NCBI GenBank assembly: GCA_052139695.1
Contig: JBKQWF010000307.1
Coordinates: 3,996 to 67,995, forward strand
Direction of reading: 5' to 3'
Length of the DNA stretch: 64,000 nt
Source of the DNA: Limisphaerales bacterium
GTDB lineage: Bacteria; Verrucomicrobiota; Verrucomicrobiia; Limisphaerales; Palsa-1400
Shown: positions 34,701 through 43,141 of the stretch, piece by piece
Numbering within the stretch: the first letter of the stretch is position 1
Layout of the letters: each line of letters opens with the position of its first letter
The notes under the pieces: generated by a model
What the model was told of the DNA's origin: nothing
Database searches by the model: none
Seen by the model: only the letters and a program-made list of their open reading frames with translations
Translations under genes and position numbers: made by a program

Positions 34701-34839
34701 CGGCGGACGGAACGGCTTGATGAACATGCCCCAGCGCTTGGCTGATGTCAGAGGCGGCTGCCGGATCGAGAGCCATCCGGGCCAGGGCGCGACCGTCGAG
34801 TTTAGGGTCCCCTTTCCATCACCGGAGGGGCGCACGTGA
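31762..34839 (+). CDS. Sensor histidine kinase with periplasmic two-component-regulator beta-propeller repeats, Y_Y_Y domain, HisKA_3 and HATPase_c
   Basis: I use the internal ATG at 31762 (MVFTKSFRHGWCAWVLAVAVGSFA signal/TM). There are many repeats of the type DGLPNGSVTVIQQTQDGYLWVGT. After a TM helix come MRIARNMHDEIGSKLT (HisKA_3 H-box) and GRNGLMNMPQRLADVRGG. Confidence 0.9.
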   Translation: MVFTKSFRHGWCAWVLAVAVGSFALEARSDDLGAELQDFAVRTWSKADGLPNGSVTVIQQTQDGYLWVGTAAGLVRFDGVKFTEVPLAKGGLNQPVAVTALCEDAAGFVWIGTEDQGLFCWKDDRVQHYGTAEGLLDQNVTSLTLDAAGRLWIGTRRGVNRREGGRFEAFTTRDGLPDNSVSSVHAAKSGTVWITTAGGMCRFVAGRISRFYFPATDQERQEEFIGAYEDRRGHLWAFCATYLINLAEGKRINYFPGEKSAMTRIWSLCEGRGGRLWIGASGRGVFGFDGTKFQPVTLNEGRWPSDVRTICEDREGNLWLGISDGVLAQLRPQRFALFARSHGLPAGAATCAMTDALNRVYAGMESGGLFGSIGDRFEKVSDDSRWLGQDLVSSACAGSDGSLWVGTAGNGLYQLKDGRAVAYSTANGLSDDCVLAVCTDAQGAVWAGTRAGALHRFQGGSVSTFTSADGLPGSPITALLPAWKGGLWVGTESGALIRSDDSFRSVTVAKLAERLKGNAILGLCDGPGHALWIAGPGGLGCLMENRCLSWDDRDGLLDDCVSGVVQDAEANLWLLMPQGLCRIASNSVAAALGQSGRLKPKLLFETEPGPDRTFNPGWPRAVQSPEGRLWFATASGLVGVDARGWETEEPEPQVRLEAVFVNNEPVPVTAAKRSGSDAGAAQPVRFPGGLRSLEFQVTGLISFEAPNKIRFRHKLDGFDADWMETGPERRVHYGRLPSGTYNFHVTACNAEGVWDDQGVSLEFIIPTPFWRTPAMLVLYSLAVVGGAAGSVRLVSHRRLRRRLAKLEQQQAMERERMRIARNMHDEIGSKLTKISFLSERLKMESRPMGAAPGDKIDSIATTSRDLLKALDEMVWAVNPHNDTLEHLASYLSQCAGEYFENTPVECQLRVQSELPSLSVSAEFRHNIFLAFEESLSNVLKHAHASRVEVLITFEQGCLQIRVRDNGIGFTPVARNGSSAGGGRNGLMNMPQRLADVRGGCRIESHPGQGATVEFRVPFPSPEGRT

Positions 34840-35474
34840 ACAAGGTCATTACTATTTCCATCGTGGATGACGCACTCGACCTCCGGGAGAATATTGAGGG
34901 TTACCTGGGCGCCTTCCCCGAGTTTCGCTGCATCGCCGCTTATGCCACCGCCCAGGAGGCGCTGGAGGGCCTGGTTAAAAACCCGCCTGACGTCGTCCTC
35001 ATGGACATCAATCTCGGCGAGCATTCTCCGGACGGGATCGAGTGCGTGCGCGCCCTGAAAACACTGCTGCCCAACGTTCTGATCGTCATGTTGACAGTCT
35101 TTGAGGACAGCGAAAAAATCTTCCGCGCTTTGGCGGCCGGCGCCACTGGCTACCTGCTCAAACGCCAGCGCCCGGAGGAGCTGCTCGCGGCCATCCGGGA
35201 AGTCGCGGCGGGCGGCGCGCCCATGTCAACCTCCATTGCCCGCAAGGTGGTCCATTCCTTTCAATCCGCTCCGCCGCACGGGGTTGAATCCTCCGAATTG
35301 TCGCAACGCGAATTGGAGGTCTTGCAAGGGCTGGCGCAAGGGCTGGCCTACAAACAAATTGCCGATCAACTCAACGTCAGCATCCACACCGTCCGCAATT
35401 ACATCCGCCGCGTCTATGAGAAATTGCACGTCCGCTCCCGCACCGAGGCGGTGGTCAAATTCCTCAAAACATGA
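34836..35474 (+). CDS. NarL/FixJ (LuxR-type) response regulator
   Basis: 212 aa. The GTG start overlaps the kinase stop (GTGA). Receiver IVDDALDLRE...VVLMDINLGE. HTH: LSQRELEVLQGLAQGLAYKQIADQLNVSIHTVRNYIRRVYEKL. Confidence 0.92.
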   Translation: MNKVITISIVDDALDLRENIEGYLGAFPEFRCIAAYATAQEALEGLVKNPPDVVLMDINLGEHSPDGIECVRALKTLLPNVLIVMLTVFEDSEKIFRALAAGATGYLLKRQRPEELLAAIREVAAGGAPMSTSIARKVVHSFQSAPPHGVESSELSQRELEVLQGLAQGLAYKQIADQLNVSIHTVRNYIRRVYEKLHVRSRTEAVVKFLKT

Positions 35475-37735
35475 GCCTTTTTCTTCGGCAGGCGCTTTTG
35501 CTGGCTCTCTCGGGGACGGTGCTCCACCCCTTCGCCATCCCGGCGCAAACGGCCCCGGCATGGCAACCAGGCAAGGCCCCGCTCATGACGCGCTGGGCTT
35601 CGGGCGTGAATCCAACCAATTCCCACCCGGAATATCCCCGCCCACAAATGGCGCGGCCAGACTGGCTCAATCTGAACGGCTTGTGGGACTACGCTGTCCG
35701 CCCGATGGCTTCAGGCGCCCCAACAAGTTACGATGGGCAGATACTTGTCCCCTTTCCGATTGAATCGGCCCTGTCAGGTGTCATGGAGCCGCTGGGACCC
35801 GCTGACGCGCTGTGGTATCGGCGCGCGGCGCAAATTCCTCCGCAATGGAAAGGCCGCCGCGTCCGCCTGCAATTCGGAGCCGTGGACTGGCAGTGCAAGG
35901 TCATCGTCAATGGCCGCGACGTCGGCCAGCATCGCGGCGGATATGACCGCTTTGCCTTTGATATTACCGACTGCCTCCATTGGGATCGTCCGGAAGAGAT
36001 CGTCGTGGTGGACACGGACCCGACCGAAGGCGATCAACCGCGCGGCAAACAATCGCTTCGTCCCCAGGGCATTTTTTATTCGGCCAATTCGGGTATTTGG
36101 CAGACGGTTTGGCTTGAGCCGGTGCCGGAAGTTTGCATCAACAGCCTGTGGCTGACTCCGAGCGTGGAGGCACAGGGATTGCGCCTCCACGTGGCAGTCA
36201 ACAGCCTGGCGGATGACTTGCAGGTAGAGGCCCTTGCCCTGGATGGTGGCTCGGCCGCCGGACATGTCGCGGGCCCGGCGCGGGGCGAGTTAGTCCTGCC
36301 CCTGGCCAAACCAAAACTCTGGTCGCCAGACTCGCCGTTTCTCTACGATCTGCAAGTCATCTTGAAAAAGGGGGAACGGGAGGTGGACCGGGTTTCGAGT
36401 TATTTTGGGATGAGAAAGGTTGCTTTGCAGACCGACGCCCAGGGAATGGCGCGCATTACCTTAAACGGACAGCCTCTCTTCCAAATCGGAACCCTGGATC
36501 AGGGCTTCTGGCCGGACGGCATTTACACGGCGCCGACGGATGACGCCCTCCGCTCCGACATCGCTTTTCTCAAGGCAGCCGGTTTCAATCTGGCGCGCAA
36601 ACATGTCAAGATCGAGCCGGACCGATGGTATTATTGGTGCGACAAGTTGGGACTCTTGGTATGGCAGGACATGCCGAGCGGCAACAACGCCACTGCGGAA
36701 GGACAACGTGAATTCGAGACAGAATTGCATCACATGGTCAAAGACCTTTACAACCATCCTTCCATCCTCCTCTGGGTTCTCTTTAACGAAGGCTGGGGCC
36801 AATATGACACGCAACGCTTAACCCAATCTCTCAAGACATTGGACCCCTCGCGCCTGGTGGATGAGGCCAGCGGCTGGACCGACACGCACGTGGGCGACAT
36901 TGTCGATGGCCACAGTTATCCCGGCCCCGCGGCAGTGGAACCGGAGGCCCGCCGCGCCACGGTGGTGGGCGAATTTGGAGGATTGGGCATCATCCCCGAA
37001 AGCCACTGCTGGTCAACCATTCACAACTGGGCCTATCGCATGGAGCCGGACGCCAAGAGCCTGGGCAATGACTTCCTGGCCTTGCTTGGGCAAGTGTGGT
37101 GCCTGCATCACCTCCACGGTTTGAGCGCCGCGGTCTATACCCAGACGACGGACGTTGAAACCGAGTGCAACGGCCTTCTCAGCTTCGACCGGGCGGTGGC
37201 CAAATTATCCCCCGAACTGCTCGCCCAGGCCAATTTAGCCGGCCGTTACCAGACCTCCGGTCGGGTTATTGTCCCCGATGCAATCTCCGCCAACGTGGTC
37301 TGGAGCTACACCTTCCAAAAGCCGGGAACGGATTGGTTTATGCCCGGTTACCAGCCCCTTGGATGGATGGAGGGCGCGGCCGGCTTTGGCACTCCGGGGA
37401 CTCCGGGAGCGCTGGTCCACACGGTTTGGGACACGGACGACATTTGGCTACGGCGCCAGTTTACGCTGGGCGAGGAGGACCTGCGCGGACTTAAACTGGA
37501 GGCGCATCACGACGATGACCTTGAGGTTTATCTCAATGGCGTGCTGGCCGCCAGCCTCCCGGGATATATCGTCCATTACGAGGAATTCGATTTGCGCCCT
37601 GAGGCCGCCGCCACGCTCAAACCCGGCGTCAACACGCTGGCTGTCCATTGCCACCAAAAAACCGCGGGGCAGTACGTTGATGCCGGATTAGTCGTGCCAG
37701 ACGCGGGAGTGGGAGGCAATCCGTCGCCTCCCTAA
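35471..37735 (+). CDS. Secreted glycoside hydrolase family 2-like enzyme
   Basis: 754 aa. The ATG overlaps the regulator stop (ATGA). It has a signal peptide. Blocks: WLNLNGLWDYAVRP, RRVRLQFGAVDWQCKVIVNGRDVGQHRGGYDRFAFDIT, WVLFNEGWGQ. Confidence 0.8.
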   Translation: MSLFLRQALLLALSGTVLHPFAIPAQTAPAWQPGKAPLMTRWASGVNPTNSHPEYPRPQMARPDWLNLNGLWDYAVRPMASGAPTSYDGQILVPFPIESALSGVMEPLGPADALWYRRAAQIPPQWKGRRVRLQFGAVDWQCKVIVNGRDVGQHRGGYDRFAFDITDCLHWDRPEEIVVVDTDPTEGDQPRGKQSLRPQGIFYSANSGIWQTVWLEPVPEVCINSLWLTPSVEAQGLRLHVAVNSLADDLQVEALALDGGSAAGHVAGPARGELVLPLAKPKLWSPDSPFLYDLQVILKKGEREVDRVSSYFGMRKVALQTDAQGMARITLNGQPLFQIGTLDQGFWPDGIYTAPTDDALRSDIAFLKAAGFNLARKHVKIEPDRWYYWCDKLGLLVWQDMPSGNNATAEGQREFETELHHMVKDLYNHPSILLWVLFNEGWGQYDTQRLTQSLKTLDPSRLVDEASGWTDTHVGDIVDGHSYPGPAAVEPEARRATVVGEFGGLGIIPESHCWSTIHNWAYRMEPDAKSLGNDFLALLGQVWCLHHLHGLSAAVYTQTTDVETECNGLLSFDRAVAKLSPELLAQANLAGRYQTSGRVIVPDAISANVVWSYTFQKPGTDWFMPGYQPLGWMEGAAGFGTPGTPGALVHTVWDTDDIWLRRQFTLGEEDLRGLKLEAHHDDDLEVYLNGVLAASLPGYIVHYEEFDLRPEAAATLKPGVNTLAVHCHQKTAGQYVDAGLVVPDAGVGGNPSPP

Positions 37736-37854
37736 GAAGCCGCAAGATTCATTTCGCGGCGGCGTATTGGAGTTTGAAGTGCTTATGTCAAATCAGTATC
37801 AGTAAATCGCCAGGCAAACGAAAAAACTCCCTGGCTCAATAACACCATCATAGC

Positions 37855-38232
37855 ATGAACCTATTAACGAACTTGCGGACGGCGGCGCATTCGATGATGC
37901 GCTGGTCGATGATTGGCGGCGCGGTGCTTGGCCTTGCGGGCTGCATCGAACATTCGGAAACAGCCTACCATGACGCGGAGCGCGTCAAGGTGCAGTTCGA
38001 GAGCGAGAAGGCTGGACGCGTCTTCTACGAGGCCTTGAGCAAAATGCCCTTCCATGACCGCGCCGAATCTCATACCGAGGTTTCCATTCCGGTCCTCTTT
38101 GACAACAAATACACCGTCAAAGCCGGCGAGAATGAAAAATTCAACGAAGCGGTGCGGCGCTGCGATTCCAACAGGGATGGGATGATCACCGAGGTCGAAG
38201 CGGAGATTTTTGCCAGCCAATTTTCTTTATAG
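37855..38232 (+). CDS. Small lipoprotein with one canonical EF-hand loop
   Basis: 125 aa. Lipobox LGLAGC. The sequence DSNRDGMITEVE fits DxNxDGxIxxxE exactly. Confidence 0.65.
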   Translation: MNLLTNLRTAAHSMMRWSMIGGAVLGLAGCIEHSETAYHDAERVKVQFESEKAGRVFYEALSKMPFHDRAESHTEVSIPVLFDNKYTVKAGENEKFNEAVRRCDSNRDGMITEVEAEIFASQFSL

Positions 38233-38293
38233 CCCCCCCACCGCGGCCAAGTGTAAATGTAAGTAAAGTGTTCCACAGTAGGCGAGTTGCTTT

Positions 38294-39496
38294 ATGAAAA
38301 CTCTCATCGCTGATAAGTTTCCCCAAGCTCACTTGGGCCGCATCGTCTCCCTTGGCTGCGATGTGGCTTATCATCCGGGCGTTTCCATCGCGGAATTGCC
38401 CGCGCTGGCCGCGGATGCGGAAATCCTGGTGGTGCGCGGCAAGAAAGTCACGACGGCGACACTCGAAGCGGCGCATAAACTGGCGCTGGTGTTGCGGGCG
38501 GGCGCAGGCGTCAATACGATTGACACCAAGACCGCCAGCGCGCGCGGCATTTTCATCAGCAATTGCCCGGGCAAGAATTCGATCGCGGTCGCGGAATTGG
38601 TCTTCGCATTGCTCCTGGCGATCGATCGGCGCATACCCGACAATACCGCCACTCTGCGGGCGGGGCTTTGGAATAAAAAGGAGTTCTCAAAGGCCGATGG
38701 TGTTTACGGGAAGACGTTGGGCGTCGTCGGTGCCGGCAGCATTGGGCGCGAGGTAATCCGCCGGGCGCAGGCGTTCGGCTTGCGCGTCATCGCTTGGTCG
38801 CGCTCGCTGACGGCCGCCGGGGCGGCGGCATTGGAGATTGAGCGCCGGGAAAACGTGGATGACCTTTTTCGAGAAGCGGACATTGTCACGGTGCATCTCG
38901 CGTTGAAGGAGGAAACGCGGAAGCTGGTCAATGCCGCCCGGCTTGGACTCATGAAGCCGCGCGCGATTTTTATCAACACCTCGCGCGGCGAAGTGGTTGA
39001 CCAGGCGGCTTTGCGCGAGGCGGTCGCGGCCGGACGCATTCGCGCCGGGTTGGATGTTTTCGACCCGGAACCGGCGGAAGGCGAAGGCCCGTTCGACGAT
39101 CCGATTTTGCCGTTGCCCCATTTCTACGGCACGCACCACATCGGGGCGTCCACGGAGCAGGCCCAAAACGCGATCGCCGACGAGACCGTGCGCGTGATCG
39201 AAATGTTTGTGAAAACGGGCGTGGTCCTGAACTGCGTCAACCTCGCCGCCCGCACGCCGGCCAAATGGCAATTGGTGGTGCGGCATCGCGACCGGGTCGG
39301 GGTGCTGGCGTTTGTCATGGGTGAGATTCGCAAGGCAGGGCTGAATATTGAAGAGGTGCAGAACGTGATTTTCGATGGCGCCCTGGCCGCCAGCTGCCGC
39401 ATTCAACTTACGGGGGGCGTTCCGTCCGCGCTGGTGGAGACGCTGCGCAACGGCAATTCGGACATCATCGGAGTGGATCTTCTGCAAATTGTTTGA
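38294..39496 (+). CDS. serA: D-3-phosphoglycerate dehydrogenase-type 2-hydroxyacid dehydrogenase with C-terminal ACT-like domain
   Basis: 400 aa. NAD motif GVVGAGSIGREV. Catalytic-region blocks NTSRGEVVD and GTHHIGAST. The C-terminal ~80 aa are ACT-like (VVRHRDRVGVLAFVMGEIRKAGLNI). Confidence 0.8.
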   Translation: MKTLIADKFPQAHLGRIVSLGCDVAYHPGVSIAELPALAADAEILVVRGKKVTTATLEAAHKLALVLRAGAGVNTIDTKTASARGIFISNCPGKNSIAVAELVFALLLAIDRRIPDNTATLRAGLWNKKEFSKADGVYGKTLGVVGAGSIGREVIRRAQAFGLRVIAWSRSLTAAGAAALEIERRENVDDLFREADIVTVHLALKEETRKLVNAARLGLMKPRAIFINTSRGEVVDQAALREAVAAGRIRAGLDVFDPEPAEGEGPFDDPILPLPHFYGTHHIGASTEQAQNAIADETVRVIEMFVKTGVVLNCVNLAARTPAKWQLVVRHRDRVGVLAFVMGEIRKAGLNIEEVQNVIFDGALAASCRIQLTGGVPSALVETLRNGNSDIIGVDLLQIV

Positions 39497-39521
39497 TGGC
39501 AACGGATTAAATCGGCTCTCT

Positions 39522-39570
39522 GGACGGCTCTCCGAGGCGTCCGTGGTCGCCTCGGCGAGGCGACCCTACC
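39522..39570. repeat. REP-like composite palindromic element, family A, copy 3
   Basis: Sequence: ggacggctctccgaggcgtccgtggtcgcctcggcgaggcgaccctacc, 26 nt after the serA-like stop. The 9-bp stem ggtcgcctc/gaggcgacc is conserved. Confidence 0.8.
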
Positions 39571-39677
39571 TTCAACCCCGCCGCCAATATGGGATTACAA
39601 TTTACCTCTAATTGCCTTTGTTTTTCTCTTTACAGAACAGGGCCTTTGGTATATCAGTGTTGTCAGTCGGAGAAGGT

Positions 39678-40172
39678 ATGAAAGTTCTGCTCCATGGAAT
39701 GCGCGTTTGGGTCGCGTTCGGTCTTGTGCTGGCAGGGTTGCCGTTGCACGGCCAGACGGCCATCTCTCCGTATCGCGCGCTCCGTCCGATCATGCCGGAT
39801 CCCAATCAGCGCAACGCGCCTTCCAGTGTTAGCTCCGCCGACCTCGGATCCAACGAGACTGCCGCCGCCGCGCCCTCCAAGCGTGCCGTGGGACTGAGGG
39901 TGGACCCGTCCCTTGCGCCTTCAAAGTTGAAAGTGCTAGGGACAATTGAAGGGATCAAGGGAACTCTTTACGTGACCAATGTCGGCCCGGTGTCCGTGAC
40001 TCCCTCAGTGCAATTGATGGTTTGCGACACGCGAGGGGGCAAGGTCGGGATGCTTTCCAAAATCGGCGAAGCGCTGGCTGCCGGGGACAGTGAGAAAATC
40101 GAGGTTTTGGCGACCAACTTAAACGCGGCGGACTTGAAGTTGATGAAACTGGCCGTGGCGCAGAACCGTTAA
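39678..40172 (+). CDS. Secreted hypothetical protein (164 aa)
   Basis: Internal ATG at 39678, preceded by ggagaagg. Signal peptide MKVLLHGMRVWVAFGLVLAGLPLHGQ. I recognise no family. Confidence 0.55.
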   Translation: MKVLLHGMRVWVAFGLVLAGLPLHGQTAISPYRALRPIMPDPNQRNAPSSVSSADLGSNETAAAAPSKRAVGLRVDPSLAPSKLKVLGTIEGIKGTLYVTNVGPVSVTPSVQLMVCDTRGGKVGMLSKIGEALAAGDSEKIEVLATNLNAADLKLMKLAVAQNR

Positions 40173-40275
40173 GGCATATTTTGGGCCTTTGGGAAAACCG
40201 CATTCCTGCCGATAGATCAAACGATCGAACGATTGGCGCGCCTGAATTGGCGTTTGTCCAACCCTTCGTTACAAA

Positions 40276-41466
40276 ATGAAGCGCATCCTATTTGTGGGCG
40301 GCGAGGCGGCTGTTTACGAAGAGTTCCAGGCCCAAAACAGCGCGCCGCAGGCCGCTTGGATTGCGCAGCGAGCCGCTTCGGCAGAAGAAGCGCTGGCGTC
40401 GTGCGGCCAGACGAGCTTTGATGCCGTTGTCGCCGATGTCTGCCTCGCGGGCATGAGCGGCACTGACTTGCTCGACGCGTTGATCCAGCGGCAACCCGGC
40501 GCGATGCGCATCGTCCTCTCCGACATGACCGACACGGAGAACACGATGAAGTGCCTCGGCCATGCACATTATCATCTTTTAAAACCCTGCTCTTCCACCA
40601 CCATCCTGACCGCGCTGGAGCGGGCGTTCGCGCGCCGGTCCTGGCTGCCGAGCGAACCTTTGCAAGGGCTGCTGGCGCAAATGCGCCATGTGCCCAGCCC
40701 GCCCGAGGCCTATTTTCAAGTCGTTGAGGAGATGAACCTTCCCTCGTGTTCGATTGAGAAGATCGCGGCTGTGATCGCGCAAGATCCCGCCATCACGGCC
40801 AAAGTATTGCAGTTGGCCAACTCCGCTACGTTTGGATTGGAGTTGAGTGTCGTCCGGCCGGTGGAAGCCATCGGCTTTATCGGATTGGAAACGACGAGGG
40901 CGATTGTGCTGCTGGCTCATACCTATTCGGCCTTTGAAGACCTCGAGTTGACGGGTTTTTCCATGGAGGAGTTGTGGCGGCACTCGGTGCGGGTGGGACA
41001 ATTGGCGCAACGCATTGCCGGGATGGAGAGCGCGGCAACAGAGACAACCGAGCAGGCTTTCGCGGCGGGGCTGCTGCACGACATCGGCAAGCTGCTGCTG
41101 GCCGCCAATATGCCTGAGGTTTTTGGCCAAGCCGTGCAGAAAGCGCGGAAGCAACATTGCAATTTTTGGGAGGCGGAAGCGCAACTCCTCCCCGGGGTGG
41201 GCCACGCCGAGCTGGGCGCGACCGTTCTGGGCATCTGGGGATTGCCTGTTTCCATCACCGAGGCCGTGGCGCTGCATCATTGCCCCTGGCGTCGGCGCAA
41301 GGAAACCTTTGGCGCGGTGACCGCTGTCCACGCCGCCAATGTTCTGGAGCACGAGGCGCACCCGGACCCGACGATCATTCTGCCTTCGCTGATCAATACC
41401 GCATACCTGAAGGAATTGGGCCTGGGTGACCGGGTGGAGATTTGGCGCGATAAGTGCCAGGCTTGA
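40276..41466 (+). CDS. Response regulator receiver fused to HDOD domain
   Basis: 396 aa. Receiver FDAVVADVCLAGMSGTDLL...LLKP. HDOD blocks: PSPPEAYFQVVEEMNLPSCSIEKIAAVIAQDPAITAKVLQLANSA and AGLLHDIGKLLL. Confidence 0.85.
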   Translation: MKRILFVGGEAAVYEEFQAQNSAPQAAWIAQRAASAEEALASCGQTSFDAVVADVCLAGMSGTDLLDALIQRQPGAMRIVLSDMTDTENTMKCLGHAHYHLLKPCSSTTILTALERAFARRSWLPSEPLQGLLAQMRHVPSPPEAYFQVVEEMNLPSCSIEKIAAVIAQDPAITAKVLQLANSATFGLELSVVRPVEAIGFIGLETTRAIVLLAHTYSAFEDLELTGFSMEELWRHSVRVGQLAQRIAGMESAATETTEQAFAAGLLHDIGKLLLAANMPEVFGQAVQKARKQHCNFWEAEAQLLPGVGHAELGATVLGIWGLPVSITEAVALHHCPWRRRKETFGAVTAVHAANVLEHEAHPDPTIILPSLINTAYLKELGLGDRVEIWRDKCQA

Positions 41467-41611
41467 AGGCGCGCCCGCCGGGCCCCGCTGATGGAATCCC
41501 TCGTCTGAGACATCCGCCATTTCAGTAATTCGACAAAAAAAGGCCGCCAATGGTTTGCGAGCGCCGCTTTTTTTGTCCGCTTTTCTGCTTCGGCGGTTTC
41601 TGTATGATGAA

Positions 41612-43009
41612 ATGAAGATGAGCGAGGATGCCACATTGCTGCGGGAGTATGTGGAGAACAGCTCCGAGCCGGCGTTCACCGCTTTGGTGGAGCGCTACGT
41701 TAACCTCGTTTATGCCGCGGCGTGGCGGATTGCCAACCAGGACTCCCAGCTCGCGCAGGACGTGGCGCAAAGCGTCTTCACCGATTTCGCTGTCAAAGCA
41801 AGGGCGTTGCCGCGCGACGCGCATCTCGGCGGCTGGCTTTATAGACACGCCAGTTTTCTGGCGGCCAACGCGGTGCGAAAAGAGCAACGGCGGCGGACCC
41901 GTGAAAGGCAAGCGTGCGAGATGAATATGGCCAATGACGAATCGGCGATTTGGTCCAGCGTCAGCCCTCTTCTTGACGAGGCGATGCGTCACTTGGGAGC
42001 CAAGGATGGCCGGGCGGTGGTGTTGCGGTTTTTTGAGCAAAAATCGTTTGTGGCGGTGGGGGAAGCGCTCGGTATTAGCGAGGAAGCGGCACGCAAACGA
42101 GTGGACCGTGCGCTGGAGAAGTTGCGCGGCTTTTTCGCGCGGCGCGGATTGAGTGTTTCCGCGGCGGTATTGGGCAGCGCTCTGGAAAGTTATGGCGCCG
42201 CGGCCGCGCCCGCGGGTTTGGCCTCCATGGTGGCGAGCGCCGCGCTGGCGGGAGCGGCGGCCAACGGCGCCGCCGGTTGTTCACTACTAAGTCTTATGAT
42301 CATCACGAAAACAAAAATTGCCGCGGCAGCCATCACGACTGCCCTGGCGGCGGCGATCGTCATTCAATCTCAAGAGAATTCACGCCTTCAGCGCGAGCTG
42401 CGCCAGGAGGCGGCACGATTGGAGACGCTTCGGGCCGAAAACGAACGGCTGAGCCAGCCGCATCCAGTCGCGGCGCCGGAGTTGAACCCAAACCAGCTTC
42501 GGGAATTGGCGCGCTTGCGAGCGGAAGTGGGCGGGCTGAAAGACCGGTTAAAAAACGCGAAGCAGCCTGCGACAGAGGCAAAACCGGGCGCGGCCAGAAA
42601 ACCTTCGGCTGAGGAAACGGATGATCCGGCTGACGAGCAACGGAAAATGGCGATCGCCAAAATGGACTTCGCGAAACAATGGACGCTGGCCTTTTTTATG
42701 TTTGCCCAGGACCACCAGGGAGCGTGCCCAACCAATTTCGATCAAGCTGCCGCCTATTTTCACCAGGATCCGCTTGACAAAGATGTGACGACGAATCAGT
42801 TCCAGTTGTTTTACCAAGGAACGCTCGCCCAAATCACGAATCCCGCCAATACCATCGTTTTGGGAGAAACCGAGCCGTTGGAGGGGCCCAGCGGCGGCTG
42901 GCTAAAAGCGTATGGTTTTGCCGATGGCCATTCGGAATATCACATGGAACCGGACGGCAATTTCGCGCTCTGGGAAAGCCAGCACATTCAGCCCCCCGCT
43001 GGCCAGTGA
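41612..43009 (+). CDS. ECF-type sigma-70 factor fused to TM segment(s), coiled coil and an extracytoplasmic C-terminal domain
   Basis: I use the internal ATG at 41612 (MKMSEDATLLREYV). Region 2: FTALVERYVNLVYAAAWRI...AQDVAQSVF. Region 4: GRAVVLRFFEQKSFVAVGEALGISEEAARKRVDRALEKLR. These are followed by Ala-rich hydrophobic helices, the heptad-like RLQRELRQEAARLETLRAENERL, and a C-terminal ...AYGFADGHSEYH. Confidence 0.8.
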   Translation: MKMSEDATLLREYVENSSEPAFTALVERYVNLVYAAAWRIANQDSQLAQDVAQSVFTDFAVKARALPRDAHLGGWLYRHASFLAANAVRKEQRRRTRERQACEMNMANDESAIWSSVSPLLDEAMRHLGAKDGRAVVLRFFEQKSFVAVGEALGISEEAARKRVDRALEKLRGFFARRGLSVSAAVLGSALESYGAAAAPAGLASMVASAALAGAAANGAAGCSLLSLMIITKTKIAAAAITTALAAAIVIQSQENSRLQRELRQEAARLETLRAENERLSQPHPVAAPELNPNQLRELARLRAEVGGLKDRLKNAKQPATEAKPGAARKPSAEETDDPADEQRKMAIAKMDFAKQWTLAFFMFAQDHQGACPTNFDQAAAYFHQDPLDKDVTTNQFQLFYQGTLAQITNPANTIVLGETEPLEGPSGGWLKAYGFADGHSEYHMEPDGNFALWESQHIQPPAGQ

Positions 43010-43141
43010 TCAAAAATCGCGAACGTTCTATGCGTGCGGTCAAAAGTGCCGCGCAAGGGAGCGTTACTCCGTGCGCGCCGCCCCTGGAGTTTGGACGTTT
43101 TTGGAGAGGCCGTTGGCGTGAAACAGGTTTATTCCGGTTGG

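Noticed and set aside
38687-41679. Minus-strand ORFs 38687-39502 (271 aa) and 40579-41679 (366 aa)
   Set aside because: They are antisense to the serA-like and HDOD regulator genes and have no motif support.
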